Of a DNA stretch of 64,000 nt, positions 1-8,853 are shown piece after piece (the stretch's first letter is position 1; each line of letters starts with the position of its first letter). The notes below the pieces were generated by a model. That model made no database searches, was not told the origin of the DNA, and saw nothing but the letters and a program-made list of their open reading frames with translations. Source of the stretch: Poseidonia sp. (GTDB lineage Archaea; Thermoplasmatota; Poseidoniia; Poseidoniales; Poseidoniaceae); NCBI GenBank assembly GCA_038127845.1, contig JAYPIL010000001.1, positions 7,960 through 71,959 on the forward strand. Direction: 5' to 3'. The translations under genes and the position numbers were made by a program.

Positions 1-17
1 AGGGAGACGATGAAGAG

Positions 18-500
18 ATGGACATCTACCAAGCCCTCGGACTGAACAAGCCGGTCGAATCGTCAACCCAAGCGACTGCTCTCGATATCTACGACCCTTT
101 GGCTGCCTTCATGGACGATGATGAGGATGACGAGTTGGTCAACGAATCAACCGATGTTACATCAACATCCGTCAGCCATGAAACCGTTGAGACCCTGCTC
201 GCCACGCTCGCCCGTGACCTTCTTGATGACGAGCGTTTGAGTGCCAGCCTCATTGGTGGTCACGCCGACCTTGCAAGCATCAAAGTCCAAAGAGACCGTG
301 AGGCCTACCACCTTTCGCTCATCGTCGACATGGGCGGAACGCACATCCGTCCGTTCGCTACGGTGCTCGCCGTGGACGATGCTTGGAAACCGCTCAGCGC
401 TCCAAAGGGCCTCCACGCCAAGTGGAAGCCGCTCTACGAATCCCTCTGCAACGCACTGGCCTCAGCACTCGCCCAACAGGGACGTCCCTCAAGCATCTGA
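18..500 (+). CDS. hypothetical protein with acidic N-terminal region
   Basis: 160-aa ORF with genome-typical codon usage and an acidic patch (DDDEDDE); no family recognised. Confidence 0.65.
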   Translation: MDIYQALGLNKPVESSTQATALDIYDPLAAFMDDDEDDELVNESTDVTSTSVSHETVETLLATLARDLLDDERLSASLIGGHADLASIKVQRDREAYHLSLIVDMGGTHIRPFATVLAVDDAWKPLSAPKGLHAKWKPLYESLCNALASALAQQGRPSSI

Positions 501-881
501 GTCGTGCAATTCCACTCGCCAATCGATGGCGATGGATGGGTCCAATGAATTCGAGACGCTGCAATATTTCTCGTGGCTTTTCTCGACGATTCGCTCCACC
601 AGTTTCTGGGGCACATCGCCGACCACGTGATAGACCATGGTCATGGTCACGAACCTCCGTGGCGATGCTTCTGCTCGGGTTGAATCCAAGTCGACCCAAG
701 CCTTCGTGAACGCCCGGTCTTTGAGGCCGATAACCACATCCACGAGCGAACATGCCCCGACCATCTGCAACGTGAGTTGCATGGGCGAAGGCCCAGTCTC
801 CCAGTCCATCTCAATCCGCTGACCGGAGGCATTGATGCCCACCATTCCTGTACCGCTTGTCCACTCCACGCGTCCCTGCAT
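489..881 (-). CDS. OsmC/YhfA family protein
   Basis: GPSPMQ..VGACS and KYCSVSNSL motifs with the two conserved Cys. Confidence 0.9.
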   Translation of the reverse strand: MQGRVEWTSGTGMVGINASGQRIEMDWETGPSPMQLTLQMVGACSLVDVVIGLKDRAFTKAWVDLDSTRAEASPRRFVTMTMVYHVVGDVPQKLVERIVEKSHEKYCSVSNSLDPSIAIDWRVELHDSDA

Positions 882-939
882 GGACAGAGGAGAGGCGGTT
901 CATTCTTGAAGGAGATGCATGTGGGTGAAGGCGAGAGAC

Positions 940-2166
940 ATGTCAGGTACACCGGTCACCATGCAAAACGGCACGCTCGAGGTCCCCAACGACCCCGTGA
1001 TTCACTATATCGAAGGCGACGGCATCGGTGTTGACATCACCCCGGTCATGATTCGTGTGGTTGACGCTGCCGTTGAGAAAGCCTACGGCGGCGAGAAGGG
1101 CATTGTGTGGTCCGAAGTGCTCGCCGGTGAGAAGGCCTTCAATGCGACGGGTGAATGGTTGCCTCAAGCAACCCTCGACGCCATGAAGACCGGCCTCGTG
1201 TCCATTAAGGGCCCCTTGACCACGCCGGTTGGCGGTGGAATCCGCTCTCTCAACGTGGCCCTCCGGCAAAAACTCGACCTCTATGCTTGCGTTCGCCCCG
1301 TTCGCTGGTACGATGGCACACCTTCTCCGGTCAGAGCTCCAGGCGATGTTGACATGATCATCTTCCGAGAAAACAGCGAAGACGTGTACGCTGGCATTGA
1401 ATGGGAGGCGGAAAGCGATGAGGTCAAGCGTGTCATTGACTTCCTGCAAAACGAGATGGGTGTTGACAAAATTCGATTCCCCAACACCTCAGGTATCGGC
1501 ATCAAACCCGTTTCCAAAGAAGGCACGGCTCGGATTGTTCGTGCGGCCATCCAATACGCCATCGACAACGACAAGCCGAGCGTCACGCTGGTTCACAAAG
1601 GCAACATCATGAAGTTCACCGAGGGAGGATTCAGAGACTGGGGCTACACCCTCGCCAAGGAAGAATTCGGTGCAACCGAACTTGACGGTGGCCCTTGGTG
1701 CACGCTTGAAAACCCCCACACGGGCAACACCATCGTCATCAAGGATGTCATCGCCGACGCCATGCTCCAGCAAATCATCACCCGTCCAGCCGAATACAGC
1801 GTGCTCACGACGATGAACCTCAACGGCGACTACATCTCCGACGCACTGGCAGCCCAGGTGGGCGGCATCGGCATCGCTCCGGGTGCCAACATCAACTACG
1901 ACACCGGGATTTCAATCTTTGAAGCCACCCACGGAACCGCACCAAAGTACGCCGGTCAGGACAAGGTCAATCCAGGTTCCCTCATCCTCTCTGCCGAAAT
2001 GATGCTGCGTCACATGGGTTGGCGAGAGGCTGCCGATCTCATCGTGAAGGGTATGGAAGGTGCCATCTCCAACAAGACGGTGACCTACGACTTTGAGCGC
2101 TTGATGGACGACGCGACCCTGCTCTCTTGCAGCGCCTTTGGCGAGGCCATGATTCACCACATGTGA
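940..2166 (+). CDS. icd: NADP-dependent isocitrate dehydrogenase
   Basis: [58 protein letters not shown]; start placed at ATG 940 (ORF track starts at 919). Confidence 0.97.
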   Translation: MSGTPVTMQNGTLEVPNDPVIHYIEGDGIGVDITPVMIRVVDAAVEKAYGGEKGIVWSEVLAGEKAFNATGEWLPQATLDAMKTGLVSIKGPLTTPVGGGIRSLNVALRQKLDLYACVRPVRWYDGTPSPVRAPGDVDMIIFRENSEDVYAGIEWEAESDEVKRVIDFLQNEMGVDKIRFPNTSGIGIKPVSKEGTARIVRAAIQYAIDNDKPSVTLVHKGNIMKFTEGGFRDWGYTLAKEEFGATELDGGPWCTLENPHTGNTIVIKDVIADAMLQQIITRPAEYSVLTTMNLNGDYISDALAAQVGGIGIAPGANINYDTGISIFEATHGTAPKYAGQDKVNPGSLILSAEMMLRHMGWREAADLIVKGMEGAISNKTVTYDFERLMDDATLLSCSAFGEAMIHHM

Positions 2167-2181
2167 GTGGAGGACGACCGC

Positions 2182-2547
2182 ATGCCCCGTTCGTACGATG
2201 CGCGCTGGGTGAGCATTAAAGGCGGTGAAGAACGCAAGTGGTGGATTCGAGCAAAGGCAAAACTGGACACCGGTGCCAAGCGATGTTCCATTGACGAGGG
2301 GCTTGCTCAAGCCCTTCAATTGCCGGTGGTTGGCGAAGTGAATGTTCGTAACGCCATGGGCAGCCAGGTGCGCAACATCGTGCTTGCCAGCGTCCGAGTT
2401 GGGCGAACCACCCACGAAGTGGAAATGACGGTGGCTGACCGCAGCATGCTGAAGTGCCCCATGTTGCTCGGCAAGGAATTTCTCGACATCCTTGCCCAAC
2501 AACCCCTCAAACCGGGCAACAAAAGCGATGTGCCCCAGTTTGTCTAA
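2182..2547 (+). CDS. retropepsin-like putative aspartyl protease (family often found with RimK)
   Basis: AKLDTGA catalytic motif and DRS.LKCPMLLG motif; SD-like GGAGG at 2169-2173. Confidence 0.8.
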   Translation: MPRSYDARWVSIKGGEERKWWIRAKAKLDTGAKRCSIDEGLAQALQLPVVGEVNVRNAMGSQVRNIVLASVRVGRTTHEVEMTVADRSMLKCPMLLGKEFLDILAQQPLKPGNKSDVPQFV

Positions 2548-5500
2548 AGTGCGAGCCACGGTTTGAGCGTGCGGTTGCTCTTGGTCACGCTGAAGCCGAA
2601 CCGTTCTTCGATGGCCCGGTCAACCAAGGTGAAGTCACCGTCCATCGTCGCCACCAAAACCGCCCCGACATCCGGGATGGCTTGGGTGGAAAAGTGCATG
2701 GCAAGACGGTAGATGTCCAGATCCGTTGACTCCGGGAAAATGGCTTGACCGTCGAGTTCGGTTCGAATGGTCACGCTTCGCAGTTCCTTCAATTCCGTGA
2801 GTTCCTCAAACACTTCCCGGTGATGCAGCAAGAAATCGTTCAGCGCCTCCGAGGACGAAGGGACTTCCGCCAGCATCGCCTCGGTCGGTGTCCACGTGTT
2901 GTAATCCGAAAGAACCTCGTCGACGAGACCCGACATCACCGTAGCATCGAGCGTCTGTTCGAGCACCGTTGCATCGACCATCGCGCTTTGGAATCGGCGC
3001 AGCAAGCGTTTGTCGTGAGCGATGGCCCTCAATTCATTCTTCACATCGTTTGGCACCATCAGATGCAAACGCTTGGCCTTGGCATGGTGAGAAAGAATGC
3101 GGTGGAATCGGTTGGAGCCGATCATGTTCAAGTTGGTCTCGAAAATCAAGTCCATCCGGGTGAACATCTTCTCCACCAGGGCGTCAACCAGAATGTTCGT
3201 ATCAACGATGACCAAGGGCTTGAGCGAAAGGTTGTGCAAGAAGCGGCGCTTTGAGGTCGGAATCTCCTCCTTGTAGAGGGAGAAGAGCGATTGTTCAACC
3301 ATTGCAAGACGCTTTTGAGCCGTGACCGAGAACTTTGAGGAATTTTGTGCTCGTTCGAGGTACATCAACCCCTCAAAGGCGCCCTCCTCGGCTGCATTCT
3401 TTGCGATTTCGTAGATTTCATCGAGCGACGGTGAAGGTGTCATCATGGCCTGTCGGAATTGATGCTCAAACTGTGTTCTTGAACGACGCAATTCTCGGCT
3501 GATATGCGTGGCAGCTGCGGTGACCCGGCCGAGGAAGGGTTCGGGAGGAAGCAGATGGGCTTGTTCAAACGGATAGTTTCGCAACAAATCCAATTCTTCT
3601 TCATTGTACACCGTTTTGGTGCGTTCGATGAGGTTGCCTTCCACGTCTTCTTCGGTAAATTTCACCCGCTCTTGGACGTGCTTCCGAACCAAACGGGCCG
3701 CCTCGTTCGTGTCCGAACCCGCTTGGTGACAGACGCGCAGGTAGAGTTTGAAGCGCTCGGTGATGGCCGTTTTCAAGGCCGGTACCCTGTCAAGGAGGTC
3801 AACCGCTTCCGCCCATGAGGTTGCGTGAGCGTAGTGAATCAGCGACTTTCGGTACAGGGCGAGCGGAAGTGCCAGGGCAGAGTCGTCGTCATCCGATTCC
3901 TCCGAGGCTTCCTTGGCGTCACCCCGTTGACGCTGTTTGTTGAACAATTCTGCAGCACGGGAGTATTCTCGAGCCGAGTTCAACTCATCCCCGTTTGAGG
4001 CAAACAACGCTGCTCGTGTCAGTGGAGCCCACGCAGAGAGCGGGTCGTGCTGCTGATACCATGTGACCAAGTTTGGGAGGCCAAGGTCGTGTTCCATGGC
4101 CAAATAGGAAAAGGATTGAATCAATCGCAGCGGAAGATAGGCTTCCGAAAGGAGGTCGTTGAGCGCCGAGGCGTCTGCATCTTTCGCCATGCCAATGGTG
4201 TAGGATTGGAGGTAGCCGTTGAGGGTGAGCGTGAGGATCATCGCTTCAAACAGTCGACGCTCAATGGCGGTCAACTCCAAGTCGTCGAGCGTGCTGCTGA
4301 GGTTCCTCAAGTGCGTATCGCTGACCACCCCATCGCCCGCTGTGAGGGCTGCACTGATGGGAGAGAACGCCTTCAATGCATTCTTGTTGAGAACGTTGAC
4401 CACCTCCGGCGTCTCCTTGTAAATGCCCTCCATCAACAACAGAAGATGTTCAGCAACAGGTGTCAAGACCTCGGGTACCTCAGCCCCGTGAATGGCTTGA
4501 AGGGCTTTGGTTCTGCACGCATAGATTCCCGGCCGTAACGAGGCGTCAATGGTTGAAGGAGCGAGGTGGCTGACCAACAAAGCACCGTATGGATGGGAGA
4601 GCGGAAGCAAGTCGTCACGGGCGAAAACCTTGGCCAAACGTTCAATGTCCAACGCTTCGAGAAGCAGGGCCAGGACCGAGGCTTTGGCTTCGTCCCACAA
4701 TTCTCCATATTCGTCGCAAAAGCGCTGGGCCGCCGAGAGGCGAAGCGCCATGTCGAGATGCTGTTCAGACAGCACATGGAACAAGGCCTGTTCGTCAATG
4801 TCGGGGATAAATCGCTGCAACCAGTTGTTGGCTCGTTCATCGTTCATGGAGATAACAAGCGGCAGCAGTTCAGCGACATCGGATGTGCTGTCGAGACGCA
4901 TTTGGTCGAGAACATCCATCGCTTCGTCCTGCTTTCCTTCCCGAAGCAAGGCGTGCAGGTACCACCATGTCAATCGGTCCCGTCCTTCATGAAGATGAAC
5001 GGCTTCCAGCAGCGAGAGGCCTGCACGGAGTTCGTCCGAGGTTGATTGTTCCGCTTCAGCCGGGGCATGCTGCCAAGCAAGCGTTTGACGAGCCTTGGTC
5101 AACGGGTCGTCCCGGGTGGATGTCAGGATGGAAGACCAATCCTCGACCCGACCCTGCTGCAGCGATTGGAAATCAAAAAGAGCGGCGGTGAGTTCCGCAT
5201 CGTCCTTTTCACACGTTGCTTTCGTTTCCTCCGACACGTCGAGGCCGTTGTGCAGTTGAAGCAACAGCGTGACGAACGCCAGCGACCCCTCCAAATTGAG
5301 CAAGGCCGTGTCCATGGACACCGTCCGGCCTCCGGAGAGTTGGCTGGTCGCCTTTTGCAAGGCCACCTTCACGTCCGCGTCGTGAACACCCGCTGCTGCC
5401 AACTTGAGAACCGTGACAAGACCGTCACGGTCTCGTGGGTCGACCCAAAAGAAATCGGTTGAAAGCGTACTCTTCGTGCTTTTCTTCGATACTTTGGCTT

Positions 5501-5993
5501 TTGGGAAGGCCAAAAATTGACCCAACAGGGGCGTTTTCTCCCCGATGAGGTGCCACACCGGATGAACCCCTTTTTCGAGGCATGTTTCCCGCAGAGAGGT
5601 CTCGTGGGTGTTCCAAGCTTCATCCCAATTCTCCTTGTCGAGTTGCTTGTGAATCAGCAGTGCTGCAAGCTGGTAGGCCGCAGAGTAGGGTGCTTCATCG
5701 ATGATCTTCTCGGGTTTGTGAAGCCACGTCATGTACGAAGGTCCGGTTTGGCGACCCGTACGGCGAGCACGGCCTCGTGGGCGAGCCATCGGTTGTCGAC
5801 GTGGAGCGGCATCGTCCTCATCGTCTTCGGCAGGTGGCTCCATTTCGTGAGCAGCGACAATCAGCACCGCCATCAGCGGTTTGTCGACCATTCTCGAGGC
5901 CGATTCTCGATTCATAGCGGAGACACGAACATTGCCCGACATGGGCTTCGAAAACGCTGCCTTGAGACAGGTTTCCATGTACGATTCGTCCAA
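2544..5993 (-). CDS. large helical hypothetical protein with C-terminal PIN-like domain
   Basis: 1149-aa ORF; C-terminal VIVDTNILVD ... DLDIY ... VATMDGDF is the PIN signature; start may be ATG 5978. Confidence 0.75.
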   Translation of the reverse strand: MDESYMETCLKAAFSKPMSGNVRVSAMNRESASRMVDKPLMAVLIVAAHEMEPPAEDDEDDAAPRRQPMARPRGRARRTGRQTGPSYMTWLHKPEKIIDEAPYSAAYQLAALLIHKQLDKENWDEAWNTHETSLRETCLEKGVHPVWHLIGEKTPLLGQFLAFPKAKVSKKSTKSTLSTDFFWVDPRDRDGLVTVLKLAAAGVHDADVKVALQKATSQLSGGRTVSMDTALLNLEGSLAFVTLLLQLHNGLDVSEETKATCEKDDAELTAALFDFQSLQQGRVEDWSSILTSTRDDPLTKARQTLAWQHAPAEAEQSTSDELRAGLSLLEAVHLHEGRDRLTWWYLHALLREGKQDEAMDVLDQMRLDSTSDVAELLPLVISMNDERANNWLQRFIPDIDEQALFHVLSEQHLDMALRLSAAQRFCDEYGELWDEAKASVLALLLEALDIERLAKVFARDDLLPLSHPYGALLVSHLAPSTIDASLRPGIYACRTKALQAIHGAEVPEVLTPVAEHLLLLMEGIYKETPEVVNVLNKNALKAFSPISAALTAGDGVVSDTHLRNLSSTLDDLELTAIERRLFEAMILTLTLNGYLQSYTIGMAKDADASALNDLLSEAYLPLRLIQSFSYLAMEHDLGLPNLVTWYQQHDPLSAWAPLTRAALFASNGDELNSAREYSRAAELFNKQRQRGDAKEASEESDDDDSALALPLALYRKSLIHYAHATSWAEAVDLLDRVPALKTAITERFKLYLRVCHQAGSDTNEAARLVRKHVQERVKFTEEDVEGNLIERTKTVYNEEELDLLRNYPFEQAHLLPPEPFLGRVTAAATHISRELRRSRTQFEHQFRQAMMTPSPSLDEIYEIAKNAAEEGAFEGLMYLERAQNSSKFSVTAQKRLAMVEQSLFSLYKEEIPTSKRRFLHNLSLKPLVIVDTNILVDALVEKMFTRMDLIFETNLNMIGSNRFHRILSHHAKAKRLHLMVPNDVKNELRAIAHDKRLLRRFQSAMVDATVLEQTLDATVMSGLVDEVLSDYNTWTPTEAMLAEVPSSSEALNDFLLHHREVFEELTELKELRSVTIRTELDGQAIFPESTDLDIYRLAMHFSTQAIPDVGAVLVATMDGDFTLVDRAIEERFGFSVTKSNRTLKPWLAL

Positions 5994-6120
5994 CCTTGCA
6001 TCCCCTCGGTTCCTGCCACGGCAAGAGCCCTTTCAATGCACCGATGGGCCACGATGGCGGAGGTTGGCACTGACGCATACTTCCTTGAACCATGGACACC
6101 TCGCCAACGACGAGTCACCC

Positions 6121-6591
6121 ATGGACACGCTTCCCCTGATTGTGCTCCTTCTCCACCCGCTGCTGGCCAGTGGCTTGGTTGTGTGGATTTGGTGGCAGTA
6201 TGCTTGGCGAAAAAAATCCTACGAGCTCAAGGGCGAAGAGCGAGCGACCTACCTCGCTCGGCACGAGGCGAACGGAGAGCGCTTGCTTTGGGCCACAGGA
6301 GCCGTCATCCTCATCGCCTTCGCTGCCCGTGGCTTCACCGGCTGGTACGAGGGAGAGGGACTGTTGGCATCCCTTGTTCCGCAGTCCCTCCATGGCTTCA
6401 TGGGCCCGGTTGGCTTCGCGCTGATGGTGATTCTGACACGGTTTGGCAAACAGGCCCGGACACAGCGTCAGGCAGGAGAATCCTTCGCTGTGGCCAAACT
6501 CAAACACGGTCGGTCGGCTGACCTGATCGTGTACCTCGTGTTCATCCACGCCTTCCTCGGCTTCATCTACACCTTTGACGTGCTCATGTGA
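6121..6591 (+). CDS. DUF4079-like membrane protein
   Basis: Four hydrophobic segments with His residues (LHP, RHE, SLHG, KHG, IHA); start placed at ATG 6121. Confidence 0.7.
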   Translation: MDTLPLIVLLLHPLLASGLVVWIWWQYAWRKKSYELKGEERATYLARHEANGERLLWATGAVILIAFAARGFTGWYEGEGLLASLVPQSLHGFMGPVGFALMVILTRFGKQARTQRQAGESFAVAKLKHGRSADLIVYLVFIHAFLGFIYTFDVLM

Positions 6592-6651
6592 GCCAGCCTT
6601 CGGCCTTTTCGATAGCGCCCTTCGTTGGAAGGTTCAGACGACGTTTGTCGT

Positions 6652-8112
6652 TCAGCCCAAGATGGTGCTGAACAACCAACCGAAGGTCGATTCGTTGCCT
6701 GGGCCAAGGTAGAACATCAACATGAACACGGCAATACCGTACATGATGGGACTTGGCTCGTCGGCCTTGCCCATACCCAACTTGATGGCCACGTAGGAGA
6801 TGACACCCCAAGCAATACCGTCAGCGATGGAGTAGGTGAACGGCATCAAGACCATCGTCAAGAAGGCCGGCAACACCATTTCCTTGTCGTCCCAGTCAAT
6901 TTCGGTGGCCTGCTTCATCATCATGCCACCAATGATCACCAGTGCACAAGCAGCGGCAAAGGTGGGGATGGCTTTGAACAGGCCAGAGAGGAACAAACCA
7001 GAGAGCATCAACACACCGACGGTGATGGCCGTCAGTCCGGTCTTTCCGCCTTCCTCAACACCCGCAGCGGATTCGATGTAGGTGGTGGTCGTGCTCGTAC
7101 CGCAGATGGCACCGGCAATGGTGGCAGCAGCGTCGGACATGAAGGCTTCTTCCGAGTTCTGGAGCTCGTCGTCCTCGTTGACGTAGCCAGCTTGGCGGCC
7201 CACGGAGTAGAGGGTTCCTGCGGTGTCGAAGATGTCGACGAAGAGGAAGGCGATCATGACCAACATGAAGTCGGCGAGGTTGTCGCCAACGTCACCAAGG
7301 GCCCCAAAGGCAGCTCCAAGAGATTCGTCGGGCATGCCGACAAACCCAAAGATTTCCTCAGGCCAAGCGGCTTCTGAAGCACCCCAGCCTGCACCGCCCG
7401 CAACGAAATCGTTGTAGGGGTCGTAAGCACCAACAATCCATCCATAGACGGAAGCACCGAGGATGCCGTAAATGATAGCGCCCTTGATGCCACGGGCCAT
7501 CATGACCGCAATGGCGATGAGGGCGACCATGGAAATGACAGCACCGTGCTGGTAGATGGCGTACTCGCCAGCGCCCCAAGCCTCGGTCGTGGCGAGGTTA
7601 ACGAGGGTGGCACCATCGTCCTGAATCCAACCCATCTCACGAAGACCGATGATGGCGAGGAACATACCGATACCGGCGCCTGTTGCAATCTTCAGGTCCT
7701 TGGGGATGGCGTTGATCATCTTGGTTCGCCATCCGATTTGTGGAATCGAGATGATGAGGAAAATGATACCTTCAACCAAGACGGCAGCGAGAGCGATTTT
7801 CCAATCGATGCCCATGCCGAGCACAACGGCGAAGGTAAAGTAGGCGTTGAGACCCATTCCAGGAGCCAGAGCGAAGGGAAGGTTGGCCCACAAACCCATG
7901 ACCACACAGCCGACAAAGGCGGCGATGGCCGTTGCAAACAACGCATCGTCAAACGGAATACCGCCGACACTCAGCATCGCTGGGTTCACGAGCAGGATGT
8001 ACGCCATCGTCAAGAAGGTCGTCAATCCGGCTCTCAATTCGCCATTTAAGGTGGCACCTCGTTCTTCAAACTTGAAGTAATTTCCAATATCTTGCTCAAA
8101 TCCCATGTTCAT
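6652..8112 (-). CDS. NCS2/AzgA family purine permease
   Basis: AGLTTFLTMAYILLVNP, LAPGMGLNAYF, DIFDTAGT, TTYIESAAG..GGKTGLTA. Confidence 0.95.
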   Translation of the reverse strand: MNMGFEQDIGNYFKFEERGATLNGELRAGLTTFLTMAYILLVNPAMLSVGGIPFDDALFATAIAAFVGCVVMGLWANLPFALAPGMGLNAYFTFAVVLGMGIDWKIALAAVLVEGIIFLIISIPQIGWRTKMINAIPKDLKIATGAGIGMFLAIIGLREMGWIQDDGATLVNLATTEAWGAGEYAIYQHGAVISMVALIAIAVMMARGIKGAIIYGILGASVYGWIVGAYDPYNDFVAGGAGWGASEAAWPEEIFGFVGMPDESLGAAFGALGDVGDNLADFMLVMIAFLFVDIFDTAGTLYSVGRQAGYVNEDDELQNSEEAFMSDAAATIAGAICGTSTTTTYIESAAGVEEGGKTGLTAITVGVLMLSGLFLSGLFKAIPTFAAACALVIIGGMMMKQATEIDWDDKEMVLPAFLTMVLMPFTYSIADGIAWGVISYVAIKLGMGKADEPSPIMYGIAVFMLMFYLGPGNESTFGWLFSTILG

Positions 8113-8150
8113 TTCTCCTTTAGGGTTAGCCTGTCTTAGTCATAGAGGGA

Positions 8151-8158
8151 TTAATATA
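8151..8158 (-). promoter_or_regulatory. canonical TATA box of the purine permease
   Basis: TATATTAA on the minus strand about 46 nt upstream of the ATG; GGAG SD in the leader. Confidence 0.55.
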
Positions 8159-8169
8159 CTTCGGGTGCC

Positions 8170-8195
8170 AAAAATGGCCTTTGAAGGCCAAAAAA
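8170..8195 (-). terminator. inverted repeat with T tracts downstream of apt (terminator or operator)
   Basis: TGGCCTT-TG-AAGGCCA (8175-8190) flanked by A tracts, which are T tracts on the minus strand. Confidence 0.45.
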
Positions 8196-8215
8196 CAGGT
8201 TCCTCCCCTACTCCA

Positions 8216-8731
8216 TCAGTCGTCGTAGGCAACCAGCGCATGAACGGGTGCGTTCACCGCATCACGTCCGTTAAGGAAAGTGAGGTCAATCACCACGCCG
8301 CAGCCCACCACCTCGGCTCCAACCGACACGCACAACGCTACCGAGGCGGCCAGCGTTCCGCCCGTTGCCAAGAGATCGTCCAAAATCACCACCCGCTGCC
8401 CCTCCTCGATGGCATCGGTTTGAATTTCGATGGTGTCCGTTCCATATTCCAAATCGTAGGTGAGGGCGTGGGTGGGACCCGGTAGTTTTCCTTGCTTGCG
8501 AATCATCATCATCGGCAGGCCAAGTCGCTGCGCGAGCGGGACGGCAAAGAGAAACCCACGACTTTCAATCCCCGCGATGACATCGGGCTTCCACTGCCGA
8601 ATCTGCTCCTCAAGTGAATCGAGGCAATGCTTCATTGCATCGGGGTTGCGCAGCAGCGTGGCGATGTCGTAGAACAGAATGCCCTCAACGGGAAAGTCAG
8701 GAATGCCGCGGATGTGCTCCTTGAGGTTCAT
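8216..8731 (-). CDS. apt: adenine phosphoribosyltransferase
   Basis: IPDFPVEGILFYDI, GIESRGF, RKQGKLPG, LEYG, VVILDDLLATGGT. Confidence 0.96.
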   Translation of the reverse strand: MNLKEHIRGIPDFPVEGILFYDIATLLRNPDAMKHCLDSLEEQIRQWKPDVIAGIESRGFLFAVPLAQRLGLPMMMIRKQGKLPGPTHALTYDLEYGTDTIEIQTDAIEEGQRVVILDDLLATGGTLAASVALCVSVGAEVVGCGVVIDLTFLNGRDAVNAPVHALVAYDD

Positions 8732-8853
8732 GATCTGCCAAAACAAGGGTCGGTTCATGAACGTGCCTCAGCCACAAGCGAGGTGTTTGGAACGACACCC
8801 GGTGTTTGGCGTGCAGACGCCGATTCAAATACACCTTTTCAGTCGGCCGCTTT

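Noticed and set aside
5881..6120. Long N-terminal extensions in the ORF track (5881, 12307, 15715, 57581, 46334)
   Set aside because: They overlap neighbouring genes; downstream starts fit family length and the promoter or SD position better
8113..8215. Purine riboswitch upstream of the permease
   Set aside because: No conserved purine-aptamer core; the leader after the TATA box is too short
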